From Thermoplasmata archaeon (GTDB lineage: Archaea; Thermoplasmatota; Thermoplasmata; RBG-16-68-12; JAFNFQ01), in NCBI GenBank assembly GCA_041489255.1, contig JBGPQV010000005.1:1-64000 (forward strand): a stretch of DNA of 64,000 bases, read 5' to 3'. Positions 27,922 through 37,550 of the stretch are shown here, in pieces. The first letter of the stretch is position 1. The number at the start of each line of letters is the position of its first letter. The translations under genes were made by a program, and so were the position numbers. Under the pieces are notes generated by a model. It did not search any database. It was not told where the DNA came from and saw only the letters and a program-made list of their open reading frames with translations.

Positions 27922-28667
27922 AGTTCTATAATCTCCCCCGGCTTCACGTCGGCGAGCTCCCAGTAGTGCCCCGCGCCGGGCAGCTCGATCCTCCTGCTGC
28001 CGAGTTCCTTGAGCCTCTTCTTGAACGCCTCGATGAGCCTGTGAAGGAAGCCGTCCCTCTCGAACAGGACGATACCCTCGGTCAGCGCGTCGAGGTAGAG
28101 CCTCCTGAAGTGTTTGGCATCATCCGCAGCTAGAGGGTAGACCTCGATCAAGGGGAGGAACCCCTTGGCCACCGCCTCCGCGTGCTCGCGCGTCCCCCTC
28201 AGATCGGATTCGAGCTTGAGGATTTCGCGCAGCACACTCCTCCTCCCGCCATCGAGAATGTCGAGGACGACGAGCAGGTCCATGTCGCTGGACTCGTCCC
28301 AGTCCCCCCGAGCGACAGATCCGAAGAGGAGCGCGCCCTTCAGGCGCTCCCCGTATCGCCTCAGCAGAATCCCGCAGAAGCGGCGGAGGAGCGGGCGGTA
28401 GGCAGAGTGAGGCACCCTCTCGACGTCGATGGCGGGGGCGGGGGAGAGCGCGTCCTCGAGGCGGGCAACCAGCTCCGCCACCTCGATTCCCTTCTCCGTC
28501 AGCGAATACAGGCGGTCGGCCTTGGCGACGAGCCCGAGGACGACGAGCTCCGCCAGCTTCTTGCTGAGGGTCCTCGGGTTCCCCACTGTCTCCTGGAGAG
28601 TAGTGAACCTCAGAGGAGGCTTGCCGCGCATCGCTCTGAGGAGTTGAGAGGCGCCTTGGTCTAGCAC
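27918..28667 (-). CDS. HxlR-like wHTH fused to a minimal nucleotidyltransferase (MNT antitoxin)
   Basis: RFTTL…NPRTLSKKLAEL…YSLTEKG; LFGSVARGD…SDMDLL; C-terminal GSRR…YW.L…PGEIIEL. Confidence 0.88.
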   Translation of the reverse strand: MLDQGASQLLRAMRGKPPLRFTTLQETVGNPRTLSKKLAELVVLGLVAKADRLYSLTEKGIEVAELVARLEDALSPAPAIDVERVPHSAYRPLLRRFCGILLRRYGERLKGALLFGSVARGDWDESSDMDLLVVLDILDGGRRSVLREILKLESDLRGTREHAEAVAKGFLPLIEVYPLAADDAKHFRRLYLDALTEGIVLFERDGFLHRLIEAFKKRLKELGSRRIELPGAGHYWELADVKPGEIIEL

Positions 28668-28672
28668 AGACC

Positions 28673-28697
28673 ACTATACTTTGATATAGTATTAATA
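28673..28697 (-). promoter_or_regulatory. Inverted-repeat operator and TATA box of the wHTH-MNT operon
   Basis: ACTATA-N6-TATAGT (28673-28690) lies between the TATTAAT box and the GTG start. Confidence 0.55.
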
Positions 28698-28831
28698 TCT
28701 TCTTGCATACTGAATCGTCGGCGCCGTCAACACCGCCACGGCCGGAGGATGAAGCTGGGCAATACCTACACCTGTGCCAAGGCAAGGTATATCTTCTGCC
28801 AGGTTCATCACATCATCATGGCCGGAGGAGC

Positions 28832-29179
28832 ATGCAGCCCGATGGGCGGTTGTGGGTGACCATGACATTGGACAACGTCATCTGCTCGGGAATTGGTTTC
28901 ATCGTTGGGATGATAGTGACAAATTTCATGTTGTTGCGGGAAGGATCTATATTTGGCCGCCGCATCTTCTTGAGTCGAAGACAATTCTGGTTGGTCACGA
29001 TAGCTGGGGTGACATCTGTTGTCGCTACCACTGTTCTCTGGGAGATTCTTGTTACGACTGGAACGGTCAGCGAGGCCGTGTTGGCTCTCACGCTGGTGGC
29101 AGTGCTTCTGGTTGTGCTGCTAGTCGTGGCGGTACGTCATCTAATCAGGGCCAAGCGGGCATCGATCAACCATGAGTGA
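28832..29179 (+). CDS. Small 3-TM membrane protein
   Basis: GGAGG SD before ATG 28832; TATAT box near 28788; three hydrophobic segments. Confidence 0.6.
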   Translation: MQPDGRLWVTMTLDNVICSGIGFIVGMIVTNFMLLREGSIFGRRIFLSRRQFWLVTIAGVTSVVATTVLWEILVTTGTVSEAVLALTLVAVLLVVLLVVAVRHLIRAKRASINHE

Positions 29180-29263
29180 TGTGCTTCGACGTGAATCCGA
29201 GTTGCACTCCCCATTGAATCCGGAATCGGGACGAGCGATTATTTCCCTTCCGTTATTGCTTCA

Positions 29264-29779
29264 TCAACTCGGCAGGGCTCCATGCTCCAGGCGGCAGTCC
29301 ACGAAGAGTGATGCAGGGAAGAATGAGAAATACAAGCCCAGCGCCAAGAATTCGGCGAATGATTCTCCGGCGAATATCCTCAGGAACATGTAGGCGAAGA
29401 CCAACAACCACACCGCTATCATCAGATTCCCGGTCGAGTTGTAATCCGGAGGTCTCAGTGGTCTCCCCTTCTTCAGCAAGGAATGCGATCTGGCAGTCCA
29501 GACCAGCAGCAGAGCCAGCCCCACGGCGATGCCCGTCACAATCCCGGAGAGGCTGAAGCCAATCCCGTACGCCATGCTATACGATACCAGGATTACTAGA
29601 ATGACTCCACCGATCGCGTAGAACACCGCCATCCGTGAATATCTGTATCTGGTGTGGGCCGCTCCCGCCATCGTGGTCCCGTATCGTCGTAGCGAATCCC
29701 ACCTAGATAGCTCTATCGAGGATGATGCAGAGAATGCCTCGGCGGGAGGAGCAAACCGAGGAAGCGCAGCCAACGCCAC
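29264..29779 (-). CDS. Small 4-TM membrane protein (true start probably downstream, about 29671 or 29632)
   Basis: Four hydrophobic helices from MAVFYAIGG onward. Confidence 0.6.
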   Translation of the reverse strand: MALAALPRFAPPAEAFSASSSIELSRWDSLRRYGTTMAGAAHTRYRYSRMAVFYAIGGVILVILVSYSMAYGIGFSLSGIVTGIAVGLALLLVWTARSHSLLKKGRPLRPPDYNSTGNLMIAVWLLVFAYMFLRIFAGESFAEFLALGLYFSFFPASLFVDCRLEHGALPS

Positions 29780-29835
29780 CGCAAGAAGAAGCGGGACAGT
29801 ACTGACAATCCATCGCTCCGCCGGTCAGGAGCAGC

Positions 29836-30753
29836 ATGCAAAGCGCACACGAGGAGGTTTGGCGGGCAATCTATAAATCATGGAGGATTGATAGTCAAGC
29901 GAGTGAAGCTCGAGAGGCGGGCGCGTTGGGAAGACTTGTAGCGGGGCTCGTTGTATCTTCGGTAATCCTGGGGATGTTCGCGTTTGCATCACCCATGGCA
30001 AAAGCCCAAGGCAGCGCGCCCCAATGGACAGCCGGGGACCACTGGGAATACGCCGGGACGGATGTCCTCTTCAACGAATCATACCATGAATTCCTGAGCC
30101 TCAGAGTAGAAGGGAAGGAGTCGATCGCCGTCGGCAGCGGCTCGAATGAGACCTATCACTGCAGCTTCAGCAGGACGATCATAATCGGAGATTCGGTGTA
30201 CAACTCCGAAGGTGACACGTATCTGAGGACGTCCGACCTCGCTGTCGTCAGAGTGTTTATCAATTTAACCGCCTTGTCATCGGAGTACCGCTTCAATCCT
30301 CCTCTGGAGGAATTCCATTTCCCTCTCTACGACGGACAATGGTGGCATCAATCCGGAATGGAAACGAACTATGGCTCGAACTACTTCTGGAGCTTCGACG
30401 TGTCTGGCCCTGAGACGGTGAGCGTCGCAGCCGGAACGTTCAGCGCCTTCGTTGTCAACGGATCTAGACAACCAGAGTCTCCATCCAGAGATTATTACTC
30501 CGACAGCGTCGGTTTCCTTGTGAAGACCAGGGGACTGTTCCTGGGTCTTCCGACAACTGTCGACTTGGACCTGCAGTCTTACGGTCACCAGGCGGGCAAT
30601 CCCGGCATTTCCCCAATCATGGTGGCCGTCGTCATCATCATTGCGGTCGTTGCGGTCATGCTGACGGCATTTGTCGTTTTCATATGGCGAAGCAGAGCGC
30701 GCAAGGCCCCACCGATACCGCCGCAGGCTCCTCCCTTCCCTCCACAAGGCTAA
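29836..30753 (+). CDS. Membrane-anchored beta-rich surface protein, paralog 1 (start probably TTG 29926)
   Basis: Signal; AQGSAPQWTAGDHWEY; ETVSVAAGTF; YYSDSVGFLVK; C-terminal TM; PPQAPPFPPQG tail. Confidence 0.8.
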   Translation: MQSAHEEVWRAIYKSWRIDSQASEAREAGALGRLVAGLVVSSVILGMFAFASPMAKAQGSAPQWTAGDHWEYAGTDVLFNESYHEFLSLRVEGKESIAVGSGSNETYHCSFSRTIIIGDSVYNSEGDTYLRTSDLAVVRVFINLTALSSEYRFNPPLEEFHFPLYDGQWWHQSGMETNYGSNYFWSFDVSGPETVSVAAGTFSAFVVNGSRQPESPSRDYYSDSVGFLVKTRGLFLGLPTTVDLDLQSYGHQAGNPGISPIMVAVVIIIAVVAVMLTAFVVFIWRSRARKAPPIPPQAPPFPPQG

Positions 30754-30971
30754 AACCGCAAATCCGATCATCAATGATTCGACCCTCACCAGGGAATGGG
30801 GCTTCAATTCCCCCGCCACCGCCGCTCCCGCCATCTGCAATGAGCCGCGGATAGACCACTGATTCAGATTCGTCAGCGGGACTTCTATAGATAATGCGAC
30901 ATATCGTTCAGATGAGCCCCCGCCATTGACCGCGCGAAAGAAGGCAGAGGGGTTCGAGAGGGGCAGAGGAG

Positions 30972-31850
30972 ATGACGAAGACAATAGCGTTGTTGGCGGT
31001 GTTCCTTTTAGTTCTCGGCACGTTCGTATTCGCAGCGCCAAGGGCGAGTGCGCAGGGTGCCGCGCCCGCATGGTCGATCGGCGACTACTGGGAATATGCG
31101 GGGAACGGCGACATCATGGGTTCGGAGTACAATCTGCTAACTAGGTTTGAGGTGAAAGAACGGACAACCATTACCGTCAGGAGTACCCCCTGCGAAACCT
31201 TCCACCTGACTATGAGGATGAACATGACGGCGGGAAGTATCTCCGAATCCATCACATACGACTACTGGGTCCGGACCTCCGATCTGGCGGATGTCAAGTT
31301 TGAGATGGACTACTTGTCTATACAGCTGAATGTGACATACGATCCTCCGCAGCGAATGTTCAATTTCCCACTCAGCGGGGACCAGACATGGTCGTCGACG
31401 AGCACGATGACGATATCGGGAATGGGCATGCCGCCAAGCAGCTCGACGATCACGAACGGCTACCAGGTGTCGGGCCCTCAGAAGGTCACGGTTCCCGCGG
31501 GCACGTTCGATTCATTCAATGTCACCATGACGGGCTACGGAAACCCTCCGAGCGGTCCTTCGAGCACCTACTACTCGGACGAGGTTGGATATATGGTCAA
31601 GACCGATTCTCCGATTCCGGGCCTCGGAGCTTCCGGCACGTTGGCCATGGAACTCAAGTCCTTCAACTACCAGCACGGTTCAGTCCTCGTGTGGGTCGTC
31701 TTGATAGTGGTCATCATCGTTGCGGGCGCCATGGCGATGGTGGCCGCACTGTTGGTCATATCCCGCAAGAAGGGGCGGGTGGCCCCGCCGGTGCCGCCGC
31801 AGGCTCCTCCTTTCCCGCCGCAAACACCTCCTTTCCCTCCGCAGGGCTAG
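30972..31850 (+). CDS. Membrane-anchored beta-rich surface protein, paralog 2
   Basis: Signal; AQGAAPAWSIGDYWEY; KVTVPAGTF; YYSDEVGYMVK; TM; PPQAPPFPPQTPPFPPQG; collinear with paralog 1. Confidence 0.85.
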   Translation: MTKTIALLAVFLLVLGTFVFAAPRASAQGAAPAWSIGDYWEYAGNGDIMGSEYNLLTRFEVKERTTITVRSTPCETFHLTMRMNMTAGSISESITYDYWVRTSDLADVKFEMDYLSIQLNVTYDPPQRMFNFPLSGDQTWSSTSTMTISGMGMPPSSSTITNGYQVSGPQKVTVPAGTFDSFNVTMTGYGNPPSGPSSTYYSDEVGYMVKTDSPIPGLGASGTLAMELKSFNYQHGSVLVWVVLIVVIIVAGAMAMVAALLVISRKKGRVAPPVPPQAPPFPPQTPPFPPQG

Positions 31851-31998
31851 GGCCACAGACCCGATTATCTCGCCCATTCCTTCCGTCATCTTGGAGTCAT
31901 GCGGATCACCGACTGGCTCCAAGAATCTCCCAGTGTCGCGAGAGTCGACGCACCCGGCCGGTTCGATGTAAGTCTTTAATATCGGGAGCCAGCTTGAT

Positions 31999-32514
31999 TT
32001 GAACGTGGAGAAAAGAACGATGGCACGGTGGAGAATCACACGGAGATACGCACGTCGCCGTTCCGTGGGCGTCTTGCTCTCCGCAGTGTTGCTCCTGATT
32101 GGATTCGCATTATTCATTTCAGCCCTCGTGACCATTGCTGTCGCAGACAATCAATCCCAAGCGTCGTCTGAATCGGCTCAGGAGAGTCGAGAGAAAGCCG
32201 CGTCTCTCGGGATCTGGGGGACGCTAGTTGCCTACATCGGCTCCGTCTTGCTAGTCGTCGCAACGCGTCATCCCGCCCTTCCAAACGAAGAGGCTCTGGA
32301 TGTCACTTCGGGTATCAGGATTGAGCATGCTGGCAACCTATTCTTCATCATCATGCTGATCGCGTTGTGCCTGGTCTCCGTACTGGCCGTAATCTTCATT
32401 GGGAGAATAGCCATTCCTATCGGACCGACTGGTCTCGTTTTTCTTCTGATTCTCAGGAGAGCCTACGTCGAAGATAGGCGCCGAGAAGCCGTGCGGCGAC
32501 AGGACGTGGGATAG
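31999..32514 (+). CDS. Small 4-TM membrane protein (start probably ATG 32020)
   Basis: Hydrophobic helices; TTTAATA box upstream. Confidence 0.6.
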   Translation: MNVEKRTMARWRITRRYARRRSVGVLLSAVLLLIGFALFISALVTIAVADNQSQASSESAQESREKAASLGIWGTLVAYIGSVLLVVATRHPALPNEEALDVTSGIRIEHAGNLFFIIMLIALCLVSVLAVIFIGRIAIPIGPTGLVFLLILRRAYVEDRRREAVRRQDVG

Positions 32515-32869
32515 CTCTCGAGCTTCGGCCAATTTCAAAGATTCCTGAATGGACGAGAACAGTGCTGTTGACTGAAAAGGAAAAGTGACCGCCACTGGGA
32601 CGACATCACTATCGGAAAATAGCAGCTGCGTCTCAGCGCACTCGCAAGTCCACCGGTACTCCTTGGCACGTAGATTCGACCTGAAGCTCCCGGTGAGGGA
32701 CTACGGCGGCATGAGCGAACACAATGTCATTGCGATCTTCCTCTGACTCTTGCTGCGTCCGCTCAGAGCGTTGCGACATCGATGACTGATAGATGACTGC
32801 ACCAATATGCTTATAGAAACGGGCCTCCAGTGAGGTCGGAGTACCGACAGAGAGCTGCGAAGAGAGGAG

Positions 32870-35800
32870 GTGGACTGTGTGACCTCGGAAGTGCGCGGAA
32901 AAAGGAGAGCGGCGGGAGTTATTGCGATGTGCACAATGTCAGCCTCGCTACTGGTGCTCGTCCCATCAGGGCTGCAGTCGGTCGACACGCCTTCGTCTGA
33001 TTTGGACGAAGGAATCGACATTGCCGCGCAAATGGGATTGCTTGGGGGCCATTTCATCGAGAATAGAGGACAGGTCGCGGATGGAATCAGATACTACTCG
33101 AGGGGGAATCCCTCGGTTGCGTTCAGAGACGACGGCGTGATGTTCGTGCTGACCGAAGCAGGTGAACAAGGACAGGATGAGTTCACAGGACCTGAGGGGC
33201 CGCCCCATTTCATGCCTCCTGCGTCAGATGAGCGATCAGCAGCGAGGTCTTATGCATATCTGATTCGTTTCGAGGGTTCAAACAAGGTCGCGCCTTTGGG
33301 CGTGGATGAACTCCCGTTCAACAGCAACTTCTTCATCGGAAACGACTCCAGCAAGTGGCTGACCGACGTGTCGAACTTTGGGCATGTCACCTATCGAAAT
33401 CTGTACGACGGCATCGATTTGGTTTATGGCAGGGAGCAGAGAGGCGTCAAGTACGAATTCATCGTCGGACCGGGGGCGGATCCTGAAGTCATCAGGATCA
33501 CCTACGAGGGAATCGACACCCTGAGTCTGATGGAGGGTCGCCTTGTCGCCGATACAAAGCTTGGAGGAGTGACTGACGCTTCACCTTATTCTTATCAGGA
33601 AACTGGACTGCAAGTCAAGTGCCATTTCGTCATGGCAGGCAGGCTCAGCTTCGGCTTTGAGTGCGGCGACTGGGATGCGTCCAAGACGCTTGTGATTGAC
33701 CCTCTCATCTACTCGACGTATCTGGGCGGCAATCAGGGCGAGAGGTTGAGTTCGGCGGCGATGGATTCCGCCAGGAACCTGTACATAACAGGGACGACCT
33801 ATTCGGCTAACTTTCCGACGACACCGGGGGCATTCGACACTATATATGGAGGTGGACAGGGTGACGCCTTCGTGACAAAACTCAACGCCAATGGTAGCAG
33901 CTTGGTGTACTCAACATTTCTCGCGGGGAATCATGATTGTGGATATTGCTGGGATGACGGATTCGGTATCACGGTGGATTCGGACGGGAACGCATACATC
34001 ACTGGCATGACGGCCAACGATGATTTCCCGGTGACCCCGGGCGCTTACGACACCACCTTCAACGATCCGTACGACGATGTCTTTTTGACGAAGCTTAATG
34101 CAACCGGCAATGGCCTGATTTATTCCACTTATATCGGTGGAGGGGGCCATGAATATGGAGAGTCCGTTGCAGTGGATTCAGCAGGAAATGCCTACATTAC
34201 CGGGACATCGGGTCAAGGCTACCCAGTAACTCCCGGCGCACTCTTTACACATGTCAGCCCATATAGTGAAGAAATCTTCGTGACGAAGTTCAACGCATTC
34301 GGAAGCGCGTTAGTCTACTCCGCTCTTTTCGGTGGCAGCTATGCAGATTACGGCATTTCGCTCAGAATAGATACTGAGGGGAATGTCTATCTTGCTGGGA
34401 TGACAAGTTCCTATGATTTCCAGGTCACCCCAGGAGCCTTCGACACACACTATGATGGCGCCTCGAGCGGTTCTGACGCCTACGTGGCAAAGCTGGACGC
34501 AAATGGGAGCAAGTTACTCTACGCCACATTCCTGGGCGGTTATGATTATGAGACACTCGGAGCAATCGCAATCGACTCTGCCGGAAATGCCTTCGTCACC
34601 GGCGCCACCTATTCCAGCGACTTCCCCACGACGGTCGGGGCTTATGACAGAACGTTCGGAGGCCTTTCAGACGCATATGTGTCCAAATTGAACCCCTCAG
34701 GCAGTGGTCTTGTCTACTCGACTCTCATCGGCGCCAATAATTACGACATGGGCTACTCCATAGAATTGGATGCCGAGGGCGATGCTTATGTCACCGGCAT
34801 GGCCTCCTCACCGAACTTCCCTGTGACCCCAAACGCGTTCGACATCAAGATGGGGGGAAACTGCGATGCATTTGTGTCAGAGATTAGTCCCGCAGGGGAT
34901 TCGCTTATCAACTCCACGTTCTTCGGAGGAAGCGACAATGATCACGGCTATGGCATTGTAGTGCCCGATGCGGCGAACGTCTACATCATCGGCGCGACGT
35001 GGTCGGGTGACTTGCCGACAAGTCCGGATGCATTCGACAAGACTTTTGGTGGGGCGGACGTCTGGTATGGCGACGGATTCGCGGCGAAGCTCAGCTTCGG
35101 ACGCAACAACACGCCGCCCGCGATATCATCGTTCACCGCCACTGTTGTCCAAGAAGGATTCCCTGTATTGTTCAGCGTGTCCGCCAACGACGCGCAGGGC
35201 GATATACTCACCTACGACTTCGACTTCGAATCTGACGGCACAATCGACGTTACCGGTCCCAACAATACGGCAACCCACACATGGGGAGATGACTTCGCGG
35301 GCATGGCGACAGTGAAGGTGAGCGACGGGACGGGCAGCGTCGAGGCGACCACTGATGTCAAGGTCCTCAACATCCTGCCCTCGGGCTCCGCAACCATATC
35401 CTCGGCGCAGCACGAAGGCAACACGATCCAGTTATCGGCTCATGTCGCCGACCCCGGCAGCGACGACCTCTTCCTAACATGGCACTGGGGAGACGGCACG
35501 CCTGACAGCACCTCCACATACTACAACAACGGGGTCAGCCCTGACCCGTACCCGAGCACCGACATCCACCCGAGGGACATCACCGACACCAAGAGCCATA
35601 CCTACGGCGACAACGGAGCTTTCACGGTCACAGTTTTCATCCAGGACGACGACAGCGGAAACAACGGAACGACACTCAAGATCACCGCCACGCCTGACAA
35701 CCTCCCTCCATCGGTCTCGGTCTCCGGCGGGATGAATATCGACGAAGGGCAGTCAGTCTCGCTCACCGCCACTGCCACGGATCCGGGGAGCGATGACTTG

Positions 35801-37345
35801 AAGTTCGATTGGTCCTGGGGAGAAGGTTCGTCCGACTCGAAGACCTACTACAATGACGGAATCGGACCGGACCCGCCGAACAGCCCAGGAGGGACCTGGC
35901 CCTTTGCCGCCACAGATGCTGCCGCGCATGCTTATGGAGACAATGGCATCTACGCGGTTTCGCTGAAAGTCACTGACGACGATGGCGGCTCCATCACTTG
36001 GGCGGGCCAGCTCGCGGTTGCCAACCTCCCGCCAACGATCGCACCGTTCGGACCTTTCACGGTCTGCGAGGGGGATTTGTTGGCGATGAACACGACCGCA
36101 ACGGATCCGGGAAGCGACGACCTCGTGTTCTCCAGGACCTTCGAGCTCGGTCCGACGCTCGACGATATCCATTACAACAACGGGATTGGCCCGGACCCGC
36201 CACAGAGCCCTGGAGGCGCATACCCGTTCACTGCGTCCGATTCAGCGGAGCACACCTACGGCGACAACGGAGTCTACGTTGTCACCCTGACAGTGACAGA
36301 CGATGATGGCGGCTCAGCTTCTTACTCCACAGAAGTGAACGTGACGAACCTCCCGCCATCGATCACTCCATTCGGTCCGTTCGAGGTGAACGAGGCAGAC
36401 CCGCTCACTGTGGCGACTGGTACAACGGACCCCGGAAGCGACGACCTGACGTTCACATGGACCTTCGAGTACGGACCGACGATGCAGGACGTCTTCTACA
36501 ACGACGGCATCGGTCCTGACCCGCCGAAGAGCCCCGAGGGCGTCTTCCCGTTCAGCGCTGCCGACACTACCTCTCACACGTATGGCGACAACGGAGTGTT
36601 CAAGATCGTTCTGGCAGTCCAGGACGACGATGGCGGTTTCGCCACGTACGAGACGCTCGTGACAGTCTTCAATATCGCGCCGGTCATCGACGGAGTGCAG
36701 GCGTACGTGATTGCGAACCTCACCCTCCGCGTGGCGGGGGAGAAGTGGCACGACGTCTGCATGGACCTCGTGCACAACGGCAACATCGAAGACTATGCTT
36801 GCGTCATCCGCTATCCCGGCTCGCCCGACGACCAGTCCAAGACGATCACCGGCAGGATCCATCTCCTCGGGGACTTCAAGATAGTCCTCTACTATACGCC
36901 GGATGACGACCCCGTGAACGGTCAGCCGAACGGCGCCAACCCCGCGTGGGTGACCATCGCCTTCCCGGATGGTCTCGAGGTTCGCCTACACCATACGTTC
37001 AACGTCCGGCACGACGACACGTGGGTCTGGACGATCGCTTACTTCAGTGCGTACCTTGTCGGCCAGAGCATCACTTTCAATGCGACCGCGAGCGACGTCG
37101 GCAGCGACGACCTCACTTTCACCTGGGACTGGGGAGACGGGACTCCAGCCACCGCCACGACCTACTTCAGTGACGGAACAGCACCTGACCCTTACCCCAG
37201 TCCTGGCGGCACATTCCCGTTCACCGCAATGGACTCGCAGGTCCACCGGTACTCCTCGACGGGAAGATACGACCTGAAACTCACGGTGAGGGACGACGAT
37301 GGCGATGAATGCGCGGCTCTCGTCGTCATCGTGATCGATGGCTAG
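32870..37345 (+). CDS. Giant secreted protein: SBBP beta-propeller and tandem PKD domains
   Basis: FIENRGQ N-terminal domain; about 7 YSTYLGG…DS.GNAY(I/V)TG.T.S.DFP.TPGA repeats; PKD units DPGSDDL.F.W.WGDG…HTYGDNG…VTDDDGG. Confidence 0.9.
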   Translation: MDCVTSEVRGKRRAAGVIAMCTMSASLLVLVPSGLQSVDTPSSDLDEGIDIAAQMGLLGGHFIENRGQVADGIRYYSRGNPSVAFRDDGVMFVLTEAGEQGQDEFTGPEGPPHFMPPASDERSAARSYAYLIRFEGSNKVAPLGVDELPFNSNFFIGNDSSKWLTDVSNFGHVTYRNLYDGIDLVYGREQRGVKYEFIVGPGADPEVIRITYEGIDTLSLMEGRLVADTKLGGVTDASPYSYQETGLQVKCHFVMAGRLSFGFECGDWDASKTLVIDPLIYSTYLGGNQGERLSSAAMDSARNLYITGTTYSANFPTTPGAFDTIYGGGQGDAFVTKLNANGSSLVYSTFLAGNHDCGYCWDDGFGITVDSDGNAYITGMTANDDFPVTPGAYDTTFNDPYDDVFLTKLNATGNGLIYSTYIGGGGHEYGESVAVDSAGNAYITGTSGQGYPVTPGALFTHVSPYSEEIFVTKFNAFGSALVYSALFGGSYADYGISLRIDTEGNVYLAGMTSSYDFQVTPGAFDTHYDGASSGSDAYVAKLDANGSKLLYATFLGGYDYETLGAIAIDSAGNAFVTGATYSSDFPTTVGAYDRTFGGLSDAYVSKLNPSGSGLVYSTLIGANNYDMGYSIELDAEGDAYVTGMASSPNFPVTPNAFDIKMGGNCDAFVSEISPAGDSLINSTFFGGSDNDHGYGIVVPDAANVYIIGATWSGDLPTSPDAFDKTFGGADVWYGDGFAAKLSFGRNNTPPAISSFTATVVQEGFPVLFSVSANDAQGDILTYDFDFESDGTIDVTGPNNTATHTWGDDFAGMATVKVSDGTGSVEATTDVKVLNILPSGSATISSAQHEGNTIQLSAHVADPGSDDLFLTWHWGDGTPDSTSTYYNNGVSPDPYPSTDIHPRDITDTKSHTYGDNGAFTVTVFIQDDDSGNNGTTLKITATPDNLPPSVSVSGGMNIDEGQSVSLTATATDPGSDDLKFDWSWGEGSSDSKTYYNDGIGPDPPNSPGGTWPFAATDAAAHAYGDNGIYAVSLKVTDDDGGSITWAGQLAVANLPPTIAPFGPFTVCEGDLLAMNTTATDPGSDDLVFSRTFELGPTLDDIHYNNGIGPDPPQSPGGAYPFTASDSAEHTYGDNGVYVVTLTVTDDDGGSASYSTEVNVTNLPPSITPFGPFEVNEADPLTVATGTTDPGSDDLTFTWTFEYGPTMQDVFYNDGIGPDPPKSPEGVFPFSAADTTSHTYGDNGVFKIVLAVQDDDGGFATYETLVTVFNIAPVIDGVQAYVIANLTLRVAGEKWHDVCMDLVHNGNIEDYACVIRYPGSPDDQSKTITGRIHLLGDFKIVLYYTPDDDPVNGQPNGANPAWVTIAFPDGLEVRLHHTFNVRHDDTWVWTIAYFSAYLVGQSITFNATASDVGSDDLTFTWDWGDGTPATATTYFSDGTAPDPYPSPGGTFPFTAMDSQVHRYSSTGRYDLKLTVRDDDGDECAALVVIVIDG

Positions 37346-37415
37346 GGCTGACACCGAGAGAGGAACCGGGTTAGTTTCGAGGTTCGCGGGCCCGATTCGA
37401 ATCTCGCATCATTTA

Positions 37416-37463
37416 TTGCGAAATTCGCAACTTGTCAAAAAGTCACTCCAAGTTCATAATATA
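37416..37463 (+). promoter_or_regulatory. 7-1-7 palindrome upstream of a TATA-like box of the membrane-TF operon
   Basis: TTGCGAA-A-TTCGCAA at 37416-37430; TTCATAATATA at 37453-37463; AGTCACT direct repeats at 37441 and 37470. Confidence 0.5.
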
Positions 37464-37550
37464 CCTCTTAGTCACTTTCCGTCGCTGGGGCGAAGGAATC
37501 TGAACCGTAATGGCTTCACGGGAAGATACTGGAGAGGAACGACAATTGGA

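Noticed and set aside
28749-28859. 36-aa Cys-rich ORF (MKLGNTYTCAKARYIFC…GGCG), possible RiPP precursor
   Set aside because: It spans the promoter and start of the 28832 gene, the SD spacing is poor, and no modifying enzymes are nearby.
29740-29826. Signal-peptide-like stretch on the minus strand (WIVSTVPLLLAVALAALP…AEA)
   Set aside because: No start codon before it, as a stop lies directly upstream; it may be a relic but cannot be supported.
37338-37550. ORF-track N-terminal extension of the membrane TF overlapping the PKD gene
   Set aside because: The region is AT-rich with promoter elements; the SD and signal peptide point to GTG 37551.
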